The notes beneath the pieces were generated by a model. It had not been told where the DNA came from, made no database searches, and was given only the letters and a program-made list of their open reading frames with translations. Shown one piece after another: positions 9,915-20,498 of a DNA stretch of 64,000 nt. The stretch covers positions 160,001-224,000 of the forward strand of contig CBDAOY010000004.1 in assembly GCA_965198225.1 (NCBI GenBank), written 5' to 3'. The position numbers were made by a program, and so were the translations under genes. Every line of letters starts with the position of its first letter. The first letter of the stretch is position 1. The DNA comes from Terriglobia bacterium (GTDB taxonomy: Bacteria; Acidobacteriota; Terriglobia; 20CM-2-55-15).

Positions 9915-11408
9915 TCAGTTGGTCGTCGCCTGCGCCGCGCGAGGCATGGGCCCCGTGTATTCCAGGACGTAGAGACCCGTTCCGACTCGATCCGTGGCGT
10001 ACGCCAGTCCCCTGTGGTCGAGGTCGACGTCGTCGATCTGGATGGTTGTCGTCTGGCCCTCCACGGCAGGATGCGAATGCTCGTTCGGCTCGGGAACATA
10101 GTAGCCGATCTCACGCAGGTTGTACGGATCTGAAAGGTCTATGACCCGGATCCCGGCGTTGAAGTAGGCGATCCAGGCGATCCTGTCCTCGAACCTGTTG
10201 AGGCTTCCGTTCACCGTCTCAGCCGACTGATGCGGCCCGAAGCGCCCACCCTTGTCGCAGGAGTCGCCGACGGGCACCTCCCAGGTCGACACCGGGAACG
10301 GTCGGCTCTCGTGCGTAATATCGAACATGTAGGACTTCGCCCGAACTCCGATCGGGCACGGAGCCATGTCGTCCTCGCCCCCGGCCTCTTCCACGACCAG
10401 GGCGTAGGTTCTCGGCAGGGCGTCTGGCTTGAAGTTCGGAAGCTCGTCGTACACGATGGGCGAGATCGTATGCGGTCCCCGTCCCGGCGGGGAAACGTCC
10501 ACCATCCAGACCAGGGTCGGGTTCGTGGGATCGGAAATGTCCCACGAGCCCGTGTGACCGGCGCCGCGGAAGCCGAGGTACAACCGGTCGTTCTCTTCGT
10601 CGACGATGGGATGATGGGCGTACTGTCCTTCGAATCCCTCCTCGCCCTCTTTCTGTCCGGGCAACCATGCCCGGCCCACGAACCGGGGGTTCCTGGGGTC
10701 TTTCAAGTCCCAGATCTGCCCCAGCGCGGACCGAAATCCGGGCTCGCCTCCAGCGGAGTAAAAGTAGCCCGTCTCCGGAGACCACCAGCCCTTGTGCGCC
10801 CGCTGGATGAACTTTCCGCCGCAGCCCGGTCCGCATGAATTTTCCGGGGTGCCGGCGATTTCCGACACGAGCGAGATCTGCGACGGATCGCTATCACGGG
10901 ATGTGATGTCGAAGATCTGGAACTTCCGGTCGTCACCGGCCTCTGAATTGCGAATGAGGTAGTCCCTTCCGGGGGGATCCGAGTCGAAGCCGTAGTCGTA
11001 AACGACGGACACTCCACGCGAGTTGGCGTTGGCCTCGTTCGGGATGTGCCAAACCAACCGCGGGTTCGCGGGATCGGAAACCTCGAGAATCGACGTGCCG
11101 CTCCATTCCATCTGGTTTGTAATCGGGTTCATCCGCTGTTCGCCGTCGTAGTAGCTTTCGTGATGGCCAACGTAGACCCAGTCCCCGTTCGCCGGGTCCG
11201 ACTTGGCCACCACCATCAGAGTTTCCCGACCCTGGAGGTCGTTGTACCCGACAAGCCTGACGTTGTGCGACTCGACTCCGGCCTGCTGTTCCGGCTGCTC
11301 GCCGGGGGTTGGACCCGGGGTCGAACATCCCGCCACGCAGGACAGAAGCGCCGCCATCGACAGCGTCCTCAGGAGTGGGGCACTGTGGAGAGGTTTCGAA
11401 TCAATCAT
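9915..11408 (-). CDS. LVIVD-repeat lipoprotein
   Basis: Lipobox VAGC; repeated ILEVSDPANPR, WDISDPTNP, VIDLSDPYN; GGRFGPH. Confidence 0.8.
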   Translation of the reverse strand: MIDSKPLHSAPLLRTLSMAALLSCVAGCSTPGPTPGEQPEQQAGVESHNVRLVGYNDLQGRETLMVVAKSDPANGDWVYVGHHESYYDGEQRMNPITNQMEWSGTSILEVSDPANPRLVWHIPNEANANSRGVSVVYDYGFDSDPPGRDYLIRNSEAGDDRKFQIFDITSRDSDPSQISLVSEIAGTPENSCGPGCGGKFIQRAHKGWWSPETGYFYSAGGEPGFRSALGQIWDLKDPRNPRFVGRAWLPGQKEGEEGFEGQYAHHPIVDEENDRLYLGFRGAGHTGSWDISDPTNPTLVWMVDVSPPGRGPHTISPIVYDELPNFKPDALPRTYALVVEEAGGEDDMAPCPIGVRAKSYMFDITHESRPFPVSTWEVPVGDSCDKGGRFGPHQSAETVNGSLNRFEDRIAWIAYFNAGIRVIDLSDPYNLREIGYYVPEPNEHSHPAVEGQTTTIQIDDVDLDHRGLAYATDRVGTGLYVLEYTGPMPRAAQATTN

Positions 11409-11486
11409 GAATCTGCCTCCGCGTTGGAGTGGATGCCTGGTGCAGGGGATTCGTCGAGGTAATGGTGATTGTTGAGAGAGTGGGTT

Positions 11487-13004
11487 TCAATTTGTGGCGC
11501 CCAACTTTCGAAGCAGTTCCCCCGCTTTCTCGAGCTCGGGCGAAACACCTCTCCCCCGCCCGCGGCCCCCTCCGCCGGACGTGAGGGCCAGCGGCGTCTG
11601 GCCTTCCTGGTTTTTCGCATCCAGAATAGCGCCCCTCTCGGCGAGCAACTGGATAACCTTGGTGTATCCATTGCTCGCTGCCGCATGCAGGGCCGTGTCG
11701 CCGGCCACGTTGGTCTCATTTACGTCCGCGCCCCCCTCCAGCAACACCTCGACGGCTTCGAACACCCCTGGCTGCGGGCGGTCACAACAGTCATCCCCGA
11801 TGTCCGTCGAAGTATCCACGTGATCCAACGGACGATTGAGACGCCGCTCGATCGTGATTCCCGCCGCCACCAGAAGCGGCGTCGTCCCGTCTGGGAGAGC
11901 CGGTGTGACCTTCGCTCCGCCGGCCACCAGCGCTCGCATGATGTCCAGCTCGAGGTAGCTGGCCGCCAGCATCAGGGGTGTTGCACCGGCCCACGCGCTC
12001 GACAGCGCCCATTGAGAGCCGTTCCGCCGGACTGGGCTGCCCTTTGTCAGTGGCAGGTCCGGATCGGCGCCGTGAGCCAGGAGCCGTTCGACAGTTGGGA
12101 GATCACCCCTCAGCACGGCCCCATGCAGCGCCGTATATCCGCCGCCTGCGGCGTTCGGGTCGGCCCCCTCGTCCAGCAGAAAGGACGCGAGCGTCGGGTG
12201 TCCCGAGATGGCCGCGACGACCAGAGGAGAATTACCGTCCGCCCCGGCTTCGTTGATTTCCGCTCCAGACCCGAGCAGGAGCCGGGCCGAGGGCACATCA
12301 CCGGCCTGAGCGGCAAACAGCAATGCGGTGATGCCCCCTAAATCGACCTCCGTGCCGACTTCGCTGGAAGTCTTGGCGACCCTTCGAGGTCCCCGGTCGA
12401 GCATCACGATGGTGCGACGTGATCGGGAGCGGGCGTGCGGGTCCGCCCCGGCTTCGATAAGCGTCCGGACGACCCTCGGGTGTCGCCCGGCGACGGCCCA
12501 CATCAAGGCTGTCTGCCGCCGGTCATTCGTGTAAGCGTTCGCGTCCGCCCCGGACTCCATCAACACGCGTAGGGCGCCGAGACTGCCCGTGCGCGCCGCC
12601 TCCATCAACGGGGTCACACCGGTCTCGCCGGCGGCGTTGGGGTCGGCTCCCGCCCGGAGTAGTTTTCCTACGATCGCGGCATTCCCGTTCGAGCTGGCAA
12701 GCGCGAGTGGTGTGACCATCAGGTCGTTGGCGGCGTCGACGTTCGCACCGGCGGCGATCAATCGGTCGACTGTCTCGGCATCATCCCAGTACGCCGCCCA
12801 ATGCAGCGCGGTGGCCCCGTCGCCCTCGGGCACATTCACGTCGACTCCCTGTTCGAGCAGGGTTCGTACGGCAGACATGTTCTTGTGCTTGACCGCCTCG
12901 ACCAGTCGCAGATCGCCCTGAGGTTCGCTGCCGGCGGCCAGGCCTGCGACCAGGAGCGCGGGTAGCGCGGCCCGGGCAACCATCTTCTTGACAGTCAAAG
13001 ACAT
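11487..13004 (-). CDS. Secreted ankyrin-repeat protein
   Basis: About 11 G-x-T-(A/P)-L-(H/M)-x-A repeats; signal peptide. Confidence 0.92.
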   Translation of the reverse strand: MSLTVKKMVARAALPALLVAGLAAGSEPQGDLRLVEAVKHKNMSAVRTLLEQGVDVNVPEGDGATALHWAAYWDDAETVDRLIAAGANVDAANDLMVTPLALASSNGNAAIVGKLLRAGADPNAAGETGVTPLMEAARTGSLGALRVLMESGADANAYTNDRRQTALMWAVAGRHPRVVRTLIEAGADPHARSRSRRTIVMLDRGPRRVAKTSSEVGTEVDLGGITALLFAAQAGDVPSARLLLGSGAEINEAGADGNSPLVVAAISGHPTLASFLLDEGADPNAAGGGYTALHGAVLRGDLPTVERLLAHGADPDLPLTKGSPVRRNGSQWALSSAWAGATPLMLAASYLELDIMRALVAGGAKVTPALPDGTTPLLVAAGITIERRLNRPLDHVDTSTDIGDDCCDRPQPGVFEAVEVLLEGGADVNETNVAGDTALHAAASNGYTKVIQLLAERGAILDAKNQEGQTPLALTSGGGGRGRGRGVSPELEKAGELLRKLGATN

Positions 13005-13006
13005 TC

Positions 13007-14344
13007 TTAGATTCCGGCCAGATTGTCGAGTTCCAGGGATTCCGTGCTGTTACCAAAGCTCTCCACAGGCACACCCAACTTGTCGAGCAGGGCCACGTGG
13101 AGGTTTGCCAGCGGAGTACCTTCCGGATACCGGACGTGGTCTCCTCCCTTCAGACGGCCCGCTCCCCCACCGGCCAGCACCAGCGGTAGATCTCGGATCG
13201 CATGGCCGTTCCCGTCGTTCATACCGGCGCCGAACATGATTGCGATCTGATCCAACAGGGACCCGTCGCCGTCCGGTGTCGATGCCAGACGCTCCATCAA
13301 GTACGAAAACAGCTTCACGTGGTACTGGTTGATCCTGGCGAACCTGTCCATCCGGTCGGGATCGTTTCGGTGGTGCGATATCGGGTGATGCGCATCCGGT
13401 ACCCCGATCTCGGGATAGGTCCGTCCGCTGAATTCCCGGCCCAGCATGAAGGTGGTCACGCGCGTGATGTCCGCCTGATACGCAAGCACCTGCAGGTCGA
13501 ACGTCAACTTCGCATGCTCTTCAAACGTCGCAGGGATACCGGTCGGCCGCTCCACCGCAGGCAGCTCCACGTTCTGTTCCATGGCCTTCTGGATACGCAG
13601 CTCGACGGCTCGCACACTCTCCAGGTATCCGGTCAGGCGGGATCGGTCGTCCGGGCCAACCTTGCTCCGGAGTTCGGAAACCTCTCCGAGTACCGAATCC
13701 AGAATGCTGCCCTTCTGCCGCGCACGCGCGCGGCGTGTGGCCGGGTCAGTGGTGTCATCGCCGAACATCCGTTCAAAAGCGGCCGCCGGGTCGCTCTCCA
13801 TGGGCAACGGTGAAGTGGGTCCGGCCCATGAGATCGTACCCACGTAAATACAGCTTCCATCGTCACAGGTCGCCGCCGCGTCCACGGACTCGAGCGCGAG
13901 CTCCAATGACGGTAGCTGCGTTTCCTCGCCCAGTACCCTGGCAGCAATCTGGTCCATCGACGTGCCGGCTCTCAAGGTGCGGTGGGGGTGTACGTTCGTG
14001 AGGAATTTCGTGCTGGCTCTGGCGTGAACCGCCGTGGCTGAATCGGGTGGACGAGGCGGGTTGCTGTCCAGCCCGCTCACTACCCTCAGGCGATCCCGGA
14101 ACGGCTCCAGCGGTTTCAGCGTGGGTGAGAATTCGAAACCGGACCCCTCGGTCTCGGGAAACCAGCGTGCCGGCACCACGCCGTTGGGGACGTAGACCGC
14201 GCCGAAGCGTATCGTTGGCCTGGCCGGTGTTTGAGCGAGGGCGGTCATCGAAGGCACCATCGCATCCAGCAGCGGCAGAGCGACGGTGGCGCCCAAACCA
14301 CGCAGCAGCGTACGACGGGAAATGGTCTTCTTCGTGATGATCAT
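13007..14344 (-). CDS. DUF1552 family protein with Tat-like signal
   Basis: MIITKKTISRRTLLRGLGATVALPLLDAM, YVPNG, SMDQIAA, DITRV, HHPISHH; ATGA overlap with the upstream gene. Confidence 0.9.
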   Translation of the reverse strand: MIITKKTISRRTLLRGLGATVALPLLDAMVPSMTALAQTPARPTIRFGAVYVPNGVVPARWFPETEGSGFEFSPTLKPLEPFRDRLRVVSGLDSNPPRPPDSATAVHARASTKFLTNVHPHRTLRAGTSMDQIAARVLGEETQLPSLELALESVDAAATCDDGSCIYVGTISWAGPTSPLPMESDPAAAFERMFGDDTTDPATRRARARQKGSILDSVLGEVSELRSKVGPDDRSRLTGYLESVRAVELRIQKAMEQNVELPAVERPTGIPATFEEHAKLTFDLQVLAYQADITRVTTFMLGREFSGRTYPEIGVPDAHHPISHHRNDPDRMDRFARINQYHVKLFSYLMERLASTPDGDGSLLDQIAIMFGAGMNDGNGHAIRDLPLVLAGGGAGRLKGGDHVRYPEGTPLANLHVALLDKLGVPVESFGNSTESLELDNLAGI

Positions 14345-16824
14345 GACGATGTTCTCCTCGTCTGAAACGGCGAACTCTTTATGATTCCCATAATGATAGA
14401 TGACCACTGGTAGTCGGTTGCGGCGGCGTCTCGCAGGATCTGGCGGATGGCGGGATTATCGTAGTACTCGACCCGGCGCCCGAGGGCGTAGGTCAGCAGT
14501 TTTGCGGTAAAGGTACGGACGAAATCCTCGCGATAGCTCAAGAGGAGCTTCCGCATGCCCGGAACACCTTCGATCGGCGTTCCGTCGGCGGCCACCGAGG
14601 ACGGATCGATCGGAATGCCGTCGCTCTCGGTGCGCCACCGGCCGACCGCATCGAAATTTTCCAGCGCGAACCCGAGCGGGTCCATTCGCACGTGGCACGC
14701 CGCGCAGGCCGGGTCCCTCCGATGCCGTTCCATCTGTTCTCGCACCGTGAGAGCCCGTCCGTCCTCACCCGTGGTTTCCAGATCCGGCACGCTGTCTGGC
14801 GGAGGAGGCGGCGGCATGCCGAGTATGTTGTCCAGCAGCCACACCCCGCGCACGACCGGCGCGGTGCGGTTCGGATAGGAGGTCACCATCAGAATGCTGC
14901 CCTGGCCCAGAAGGCCGCCACGCACGCCGTCTTCGAACGTCACCCGTCGAAGGCGCTCCCCGTAAACCCCCGTGATTCCGTAGTGCGAGGCCAGCCGTTC
15001 ATTGACGAAGGTGTAGTTCGCACTCAACAACTCCCCGACGCTCCGGTCCTCGCGGAACTGGCTGTCGATGAAGAGTCTTGTCTCCTCGAGCAAGGCATGG
15101 CGCAGGTTCTCGTCGAAATCGGGGAACTCGTCTGGATCCGGTTGCCAGACCCGTGCCTTTCGAACCGTCAGCCACTGGCTGGCGAAATTCTCCACCAGCG
15201 ATGACGACCGGGGGTCGGCCAGCATCCGTCGTACTTGACCCTCGACTACGGCAGGGTTTCGAAGCTGGGCGCGCACCGCGAGGTCCAGGAGCTCCTCGTC
15301 TGGAATGCTGCTCCAGAGGAAAAATGACAACCGAGAAGCCAGGTCCAGATCGCTGAGGCGATATACGGTGTCCGGGGCAGCGTCGGGTGGAGGGTTTTCG
15401 GTCCGGAGCAGAAAGTTGACGCTGAGGAGGAGCCGCTCGATCGCCGACTGGATGCCGGCTTCAAAGCCACCAGAGACCCGGCCCGTCTCGTAGAAGTCCA
15501 TCAGCCTCTGGACTTCCACCTCATTGACCGGACGGCGATAGGCGCGACGGGCCAGTGTCGACAGAATCGACCGGGCGCATGGTTCCTCGTCGGCAACGGT
15601 TGCAGGCCGGCAGACAAAGACCCTCCGCCGGCTGGGCGTATCCCCGGGGCCCTTCGTGAGATAGGGCCCCCCGATGGCGACACTGTCCACGCCCGCGTAA
15701 CCGTCATACTGCTGATCCGACATGATGCTGAAGCCCCTCGGTGTCGGCTGAGGCGCTCGTTCAGGTTCCCGGGGGGCCTTGACGAAGGAAACCGAGACCG
15801 TCCGTGCCCCGGCCTGGATGGGGACGCGGACTTCCAGCCCATCGTCTGCGGAGTGCATGTACTGTTCCCATTCGACGTCTCCGGTGATTTCCCCGACCCA
15901 CGTCAATGGGGCAGGCGCTCCCTTTTCCAGACCCACACCGCCTACCGTGAAACGTTTGATGCGCCTCCCATCCAGACGCACGTCCAGTTGCTGCGGATCG
16001 CCCAGGCCGATGATGTAGTCGTAGATCTGTCGTTGTAGCCGGACTTTGATCAAGTACTCGCCGTCCAGCGGGAAGTTATGGCGGATTGCGACGCCGCCGC
16101 GCGATCCGAACGGCAGGTCTTCGCTCACCCGACTGTCCTGATCCAGCATCCGGGCGACCGGGTACACTCTGAAGTTCGGAACGTCGCCGATCGTCGGGTC
16201 GCCGACGGCGAGCCGACTGATCTTGCGGGCCGCCGAAAGGTACCGCTCGAGATGCGCCGGCGAAATCGTCAGGCTGGCGGCCACGTTGTCGAAACCCTCG
16301 TCGGCCTCGTCGGGCAGCAGGAGCGCTTTCGCGTCGATCTCGACCGCGAGCAAGTCCCGGATCGCATTGGCGTACTCTGTGCCGTTCAAGCGATGCACCC
16401 CGACTCTGCCCGGATTGGGGTTCGTTCGGGCTGCCTGATCGAGAGTCGTTTCCAGCCACGCCACCGTGGCTGCCGCGGTTGCCTCATCGGGGCGTGGCAT
16501 ACCCGGCGGAGGCATCTGACCGGTGCGAAGCTTGTGCAGCACATTCTCCAACAACTCGGCGTCCCGGCTCGCGTCGTCGAAGTCGATCCCGCTGAAGGAG
16601 AGTCCCCCGGTTACCAGTTCATCGTTGTGGCAAGGCGCGCAGTATTCGTTGATGACTTCTCGCTGCGGCGAAACGGTCTCCGGAACGGGGCTCGGCGAAC
16701 GCTGGAGTCGACGCGCCGGGAGCTGCCCTCGGAGCGTTTCTTCCCTCAAGGCCTGCGCATCAAAGAGCGCCGCCGGAACCATGAGGAGCAGCAGTAGAAT
16801 TGTCCTTGTCACGCTCGACACCAT
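14341..16824 (-). CDS. DUF1587/1592/1595/1588/1585 multidomain protein with two CxxCH motifs
   Basis: CAPCH, HRLNGTEYANAIRDLL, LASRLSFFLWSSIPD, CAACH, DPLGFALENFD, KLLTYALGR. Confidence 0.92.
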   Translation of the reverse strand: MVSSVTRTILLLLLMVPAALFDAQALREETLRGQLPARRLQRSPSPVPETVSPQREVINEYCAPCHNDELVTGGLSFSGIDFDDASRDAELLENVLHKLRTGQMPPPGMPRPDEATAAATVAWLETTLDQAARTNPNPGRVGVHRLNGTEYANAIRDLLAVEIDAKALLLPDEADEGFDNVAASLTISPAHLERYLSAARKISRLAVGDPTIGDVPNFRVYPVARMLDQDSRVSEDLPFGSRGGVAIRHNFPLDGEYLIKVRLQRQIYDYIIGLGDPQQLDVRLDGRRIKRFTVGGVGLEKGAPAPLTWVGEITGDVEWEQYMHSADDGLEVRVPIQAGARTVSVSFVKAPREPERAPQPTPRGFSIMSDQQYDGYAGVDSVAIGGPYLTKGPGDTPSRRRVFVCRPATVADEEPCARSILSTLARRAYRRPVNEVEVQRLMDFYETGRVSGGFEAGIQSAIERLLLSVNFLLRTENPPPDAAPDTVYRLSDLDLASRLSFFLWSSIPDEELLDLAVRAQLRNPAVVEGQVRRMLADPRSSSLVENFASQWLTVRKARVWQPDPDEFPDFDENLRHALLEETRLFIDSQFREDRSVGELLSANYTFVNERLASHYGITGVYGERLRRVTFEDGVRGGLLGQGSILMVTSYPNRTAPVVRGVWLLDNILGMPPPPPPDSVPDLETTGEDGRALTVREQMERHRRDPACAACHVRMDPLGFALENFDAVGRWRTESDGIPIDPSSVAADGTPIEGVPGMRKLLLSYREDFVRTFTAKLLTYALGRRVEYYDNPAIRQILRDAAATDYQWSSIIMGIIKSSPFQTRRTSS

Positions 16825-17017
16825 CCGCCTCCAAAGCGGGTCGACTGCGGGTTAGAAGCAGCATATCCCTAATTGCTGCGGGACTGCTAACACGAAGAAG
16901 CTAAATCGGTTAGCAACAACGTGTCAAGGGCAATTACCCACGGTTGATGGCATCACTATGCCCGGTTCCAATCTCAGCTTCCGCTAGCCGTCACCAGGGA
17001 CTCCTGATGGACAGAGA

Positions 17018-17047
17018 TGGCCGAATCGGTCAGGATAGCGCTCAGAC
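17018..17047 (+). repeat. 30-bp exact direct repeat, copy 1
   Basis: tggccgaatcggtcaggatagcgctcagac, also at 34594..34623. Confidence 0.8.
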
Positions 17048-17168
17048 AGGGTTTCCGGCGAAACCGCTGACAACCACGCAAACCGCCAGTCTAGCGCTCC
17101 GGAAGACGCACAACACAGTGTGCTGAAAGTGGGACCAATGTGAGAGAGGATTGGAAAACTGGAACTAG

Positions 17169-18705
17169 GAGTCTGCGCGGCAGAAGGACCGGAATTGGGC
17201 GGATAAAGATCGAAGATATGTCATGGCACGAACCTATCGGACTTATAGCCCAGAACAAACACTGCTGATGCCACCGTCGTTGAGAGATTGGTTGGCCGAA
17301 GATCACCTGTCGTACTTCATATCGGACGCGGTGGACGCGATGGATTTGAGCGCGTTCGAACAGCGGTATGGAACCGAGGGTCCGGGCAATCAGGCGTTTG
17401 ATCCGCGGATGATGGTGAAGGTGCTGATTTATGGGTACGCGACCGGAGTGTTCTCGTCCAGGAAGATCGCGGCGAAGTTGACCGACGACGTAGCGTTCCG
17501 GATGTTGGGAGCGGAGAACTTTCCGGCGCACCGAACGATCTCGGATTTTCGCAAACTGCATCTTGAGGAGTTCGGAAACCTGTTTGTGCAAGTGGTGATG
17601 ATGGCGCGGGAAGCGGGACTGGTGAAGATGGGAACCGTGGCGGTGGACGGGACCAAGATGCGGGCGAATGCAAGCAAACGCAAAGCGATGAGCTACGAAC
17701 GCATGAAAAAGCAGGAGACCGAATTGGGTGAACAGATTCGGGATCTGTTGAACCGGGCCGAGGCGACCGATGAGGACGAAGACGAGCGATACGGCAAGGA
17801 CCGGCGCGGAGACGAACTGCCCGACGGGTTGGCCACGCGCAAGAAGCGCCTGGCCACGATACAGGCGGCCATGAAGCGGCTCGAAGAACGTCAGATGGCC
17901 GCGGACAAGGAAGCGGGACGGAACACCAAAGATCACAAACCCGGATGCGGAAAGAAGCCATTCAAACGTCCCATGGGGGAACCTAAACCCACGGCCCAGG
18001 ACAACTTCACCGACCCGGAAAGCCGGATGATGAAGACCTCCACCGAAGGGTTCCAGCAATGCTACAACGCGCAAGCGGTGGTGGATTCCCAGGCCCGGAT
18101 CATCGTGGCAACAACGGTGACTGACAATGCATCGGATGTGGGGCAGTTGGAACCCACGCTGGATGCGTTGAGCGACAATCTGGGGGAGCGTCCCGACCGC
18201 GTGCTGGCCGATGCGGGATATCGATCCGAGTCAAATCTGGGGATGTTGGAACAACGTCAGATTGACGGGTATGTTGCGATGGGTCGCGAGAAGGATCTCG
18301 CCCGTGCCCCACTCCCACCCAAAGACACCGCTGTTGGTCGGATGATGAGAAAGATGAAAACCAAGCGTGGGCGTGACCGCTACCGGGCCCGAAAGCACAT
18401 TGGTGAGCCGCCCTTCGGGTGGATCAAGTCGGTGCTCGGATTCCGACAGTTCAGTCTACGCGGTTTGGACAAAGTGACCGGGGAGTGGAATCTGGTCACT
18501 CTGGCGGTGAACTTACGACGGATGAACGGGAAGATCGAATGGGCATAATCCGGAAAACCGCAACCCGGCAGACCCGATACACGGCCAATTACGGGTGTCC
18601 GTACAACTCTGAACTCGTCGTATCGGAAGAATCGGTCGATTCTCCTCCGAAGACCCTCTCAAATCCCAATCAGTCCGAGTTCTTTGCGCTCTGCCGCGCA
18701 GACTC
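17169..18705 (+). mobile_element. IS1182-family insertion sequence
   Basis: Perfect 16-bp TIR gagtctgcgcggcaga / tctgccgcgcagactc; CTAG on both sides (17165-68, 18706-09). Confidence 0.92.
17223..18548 (+). CDS. IS1182-family DDE transposase
   Basis: LMPPSLRDWL, FDPRMMVKVLIYGY..SSRKI, VDGTK, TDPES, YNAQ, LADAGY, RKHIGEPPFG. Confidence 0.93.
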   Translation: MARTYRTYSPEQTLLMPPSLRDWLAEDHLSYFISDAVDAMDLSAFEQRYGTEGPGNQAFDPRMMVKVLIYGYATGVFSSRKIAAKLTDDVAFRMLGAENFPAHRTISDFRKLHLEEFGNLFVQVVMMAREAGLVKMGTVAVDGTKMRANASKRKAMSYERMKKQETELGEQIRDLLNRAEATDEDEDERYGKDRRGDELPDGLATRKKRLATIQAAMKRLEERQMAADKEAGRNTKDHKPGCGKKPFKRPMGEPKPTAQDNFTDPESRMMKTSTEGFQQCYNAQAVVDSQARIIVATTVTDNASDVGQLEPTLDALSDNLGERPDRVLADAGYRSESNLGMLEQRQIDGYVAMGREKDLARAPLPPKDTAVGRMMRKMKTKRGRDRYRARKHIGEPPFGWIKSVLGFRQFSLRGLDKVTGEWNLVTLAVNLRRMNGKIEWA

Positions 18706-18760
18706 CTAGCGCCCATTTATCCTGACCCCACCTCTCGAGGAAGGAAAGTGAAGGTAGCAC

Positions 18761-20401
18761 ATGGCACAGACGAACAATGATCATTCAACATTTAATTCCA
18801 GAGTCTGGATCAGCGAGGGCAAGAATTTCAAGTATGCGGAACAGGTGCCCGGTGTGTTGCCGGAAAACCCCAACACCGGGGTCTGTTTTTCAGGTGGCGG
18901 GACACGCTCGCTGTCGGCCACTATGGGACAGCTGAGAGGCCTTAACAAACTAGGCCTGATCGACAGAATTCGCTACATCTCCTGCGTTTCGGGCGGCTCC
19001 TGGGCATCGACCGCTTTCACTTACTACAACACCGGCTCGGCCGACGATGATGAATTCCTGGGTCCGGTAACGGAACCGAACGACATCACGATGAAAGGCC
19101 TGGGTGAGTTGAAGGAGGGTTGTCTTGGATACACGGCGACCAAGAGTCTTCGACACGTTCTTTTCGAAGACTTGGAGAATCGAGCGCGCGAAGATCGGGC
19201 GTGGATAGACGCCGTTGGCGAAATCTTTTTTCGGCAATTCGGGTTGTACGACCGCGATAACCCCGGCTACTTCAGTTTCAATGACGAGACCGTCACAGAG
19301 ATCAAGAGCCGCAACCCCAGCCTTCGAAACGCGACCTTCCATACCGTGCGTACTGCGGCACCCAGGCCCTTTCTGGTCATCAACGCCTCCCTGATTGGTC
19401 CGGTGGCTCTTTCACCTTTCAAGAAGGAGTCCGTGGTCATCTTCGAGTACACGCCGCTATACGTCGGGAATCCTTTCGCCTTGAATGTGACCTACACGCC
19501 CGAGGATGGGCGCAAGGCGGAGACATGTCTGACGGGTGGCGGCTTCGTAGAACCCTTTGCCTTCGGCGGTCCGGCTCCGGCCAGTGCTCCCAGCGGTATG
19601 ACGGTCAACCTTCCTGCACCGGCAAGGCCTTACAGCCTGGCAGACGCCAGCGGCACGAGCAGCGCTGCTTTTGCCGGGTTTGTCGAACAGCACCATCTCT
19701 TTGGCCTTTTCAGCAGCACCTGCGGCCTCTCACCGGAAGCACCCTACTGGCCAGTCACTGATTTCAGCGGCCAACCGATGGCGAATTTCGCCTTTGGCGA
19801 CGGCGGAGTGCTGGAGAACTACGGCCTGATCTCCCTTCTACAGAGAAGGGTGGAAACCATCGTGGTGTTCATCAACACACCAACTCCGTTGACCATCGAC
19901 GAGGACCCGGAGAAGCTTGCGGACGGAAAAGGCATCGATGCGAACCTGCCTCCCCTGTTCGGTCACAAGATCGATTCCACCGGCAGATTCACCGCGAACA
20001 ACCACGTTTTTGATAGATCCGATTTCCCGAAGGTCGTCCGCGGATTACAAGAGGCGAAAAAGGCCGGCAGGACTGTGATGACGACCACTGAGTTGAAAGT
20101 GCAGCCGAACGACTGGTGGGGTCTGGAGGGAGGTCAGTCAGTTAGGATTTGCTGGGTCTACCTGGACAGGGTCCGGACCTGGGAAGGCCAACTGAGTTCT
20201 GAAATTCGCAAAGAAATCGAGAGAGGCAACCACGCCTGGCTCGCTCTTGGTCCTTTCAAGAAGTTTCCGAACTACAGCACAGCAGGTGAGAACGCACTGG
20301 ATCTGGTGGAACTGACCCCCGATCAGGTTAATCTGCTCGCCGATCTGAGCTGTTGGAACATCACAAAAAACGCAAACACATTTCAGGACCTGCTCTCCTG
20401 A
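18761..20401 (+). CDS. Patatin/cPLA2-like phospholipase
   Basis: SGGGTRS oxyanion motif, CVSGGSW nucleophile elbow, DGG catalytic Asp; no signal peptide. Confidence 0.8.
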   Translation: MAQTNNDHSTFNSRVWISEGKNFKYAEQVPGVLPENPNTGVCFSGGGTRSLSATMGQLRGLNKLGLIDRIRYISCVSGGSWASTAFTYYNTGSADDDEFLGPVTEPNDITMKGLGELKEGCLGYTATKSLRHVLFEDLENRAREDRAWIDAVGEIFFRQFGLYDRDNPGYFSFNDETVTEIKSRNPSLRNATFHTVRTAAPRPFLVINASLIGPVALSPFKKESVVIFEYTPLYVGNPFALNVTYTPEDGRKAETCLTGGGFVEPFAFGGPAPASAPSGMTVNLPAPARPYSLADASGTSSAAFAGFVEQHHLFGLFSSTCGLSPEAPYWPVTDFSGQPMANFAFGDGGVLENYGLISLLQRRVETIVVFINTPTPLTIDEDPEKLADGKGIDANLPPLFGHKIDSTGRFTANNHVFDRSDFPKVVRGLQEAKKAGRTVMTTTELKVQPNDWWGLEGGQSVRICWVYLDRVRTWEGQLSSEIRKEIERGNHAWLALGPFKKFPNYSTAGENALDLVELTPDQVNLLADLSCWNITKNANTFQDLLS

Positions 20402-20498
20402 AATCCGTCATGTTGACTGGAATATTTGTGGCCGGCGGGTTGGGACTGGAAGGGACTACATGCTGAGCAGCAGCGTCGGGAGGAACCCAGGAGGTAGG

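Noticed and set aside
16885-16927. tgctaac-N17-gttagca inverted repeat near a minus-strand TTGACA as an operator
   Set aside because: Only 7-bp arms, single occurrence, no cognate regulator nearby.
17010-17080. tRNA-like D-arm (gagatggccgaatcggt...)
   Set aside because: No acceptor stem, anticodon arm or TTC T-loop can be built.
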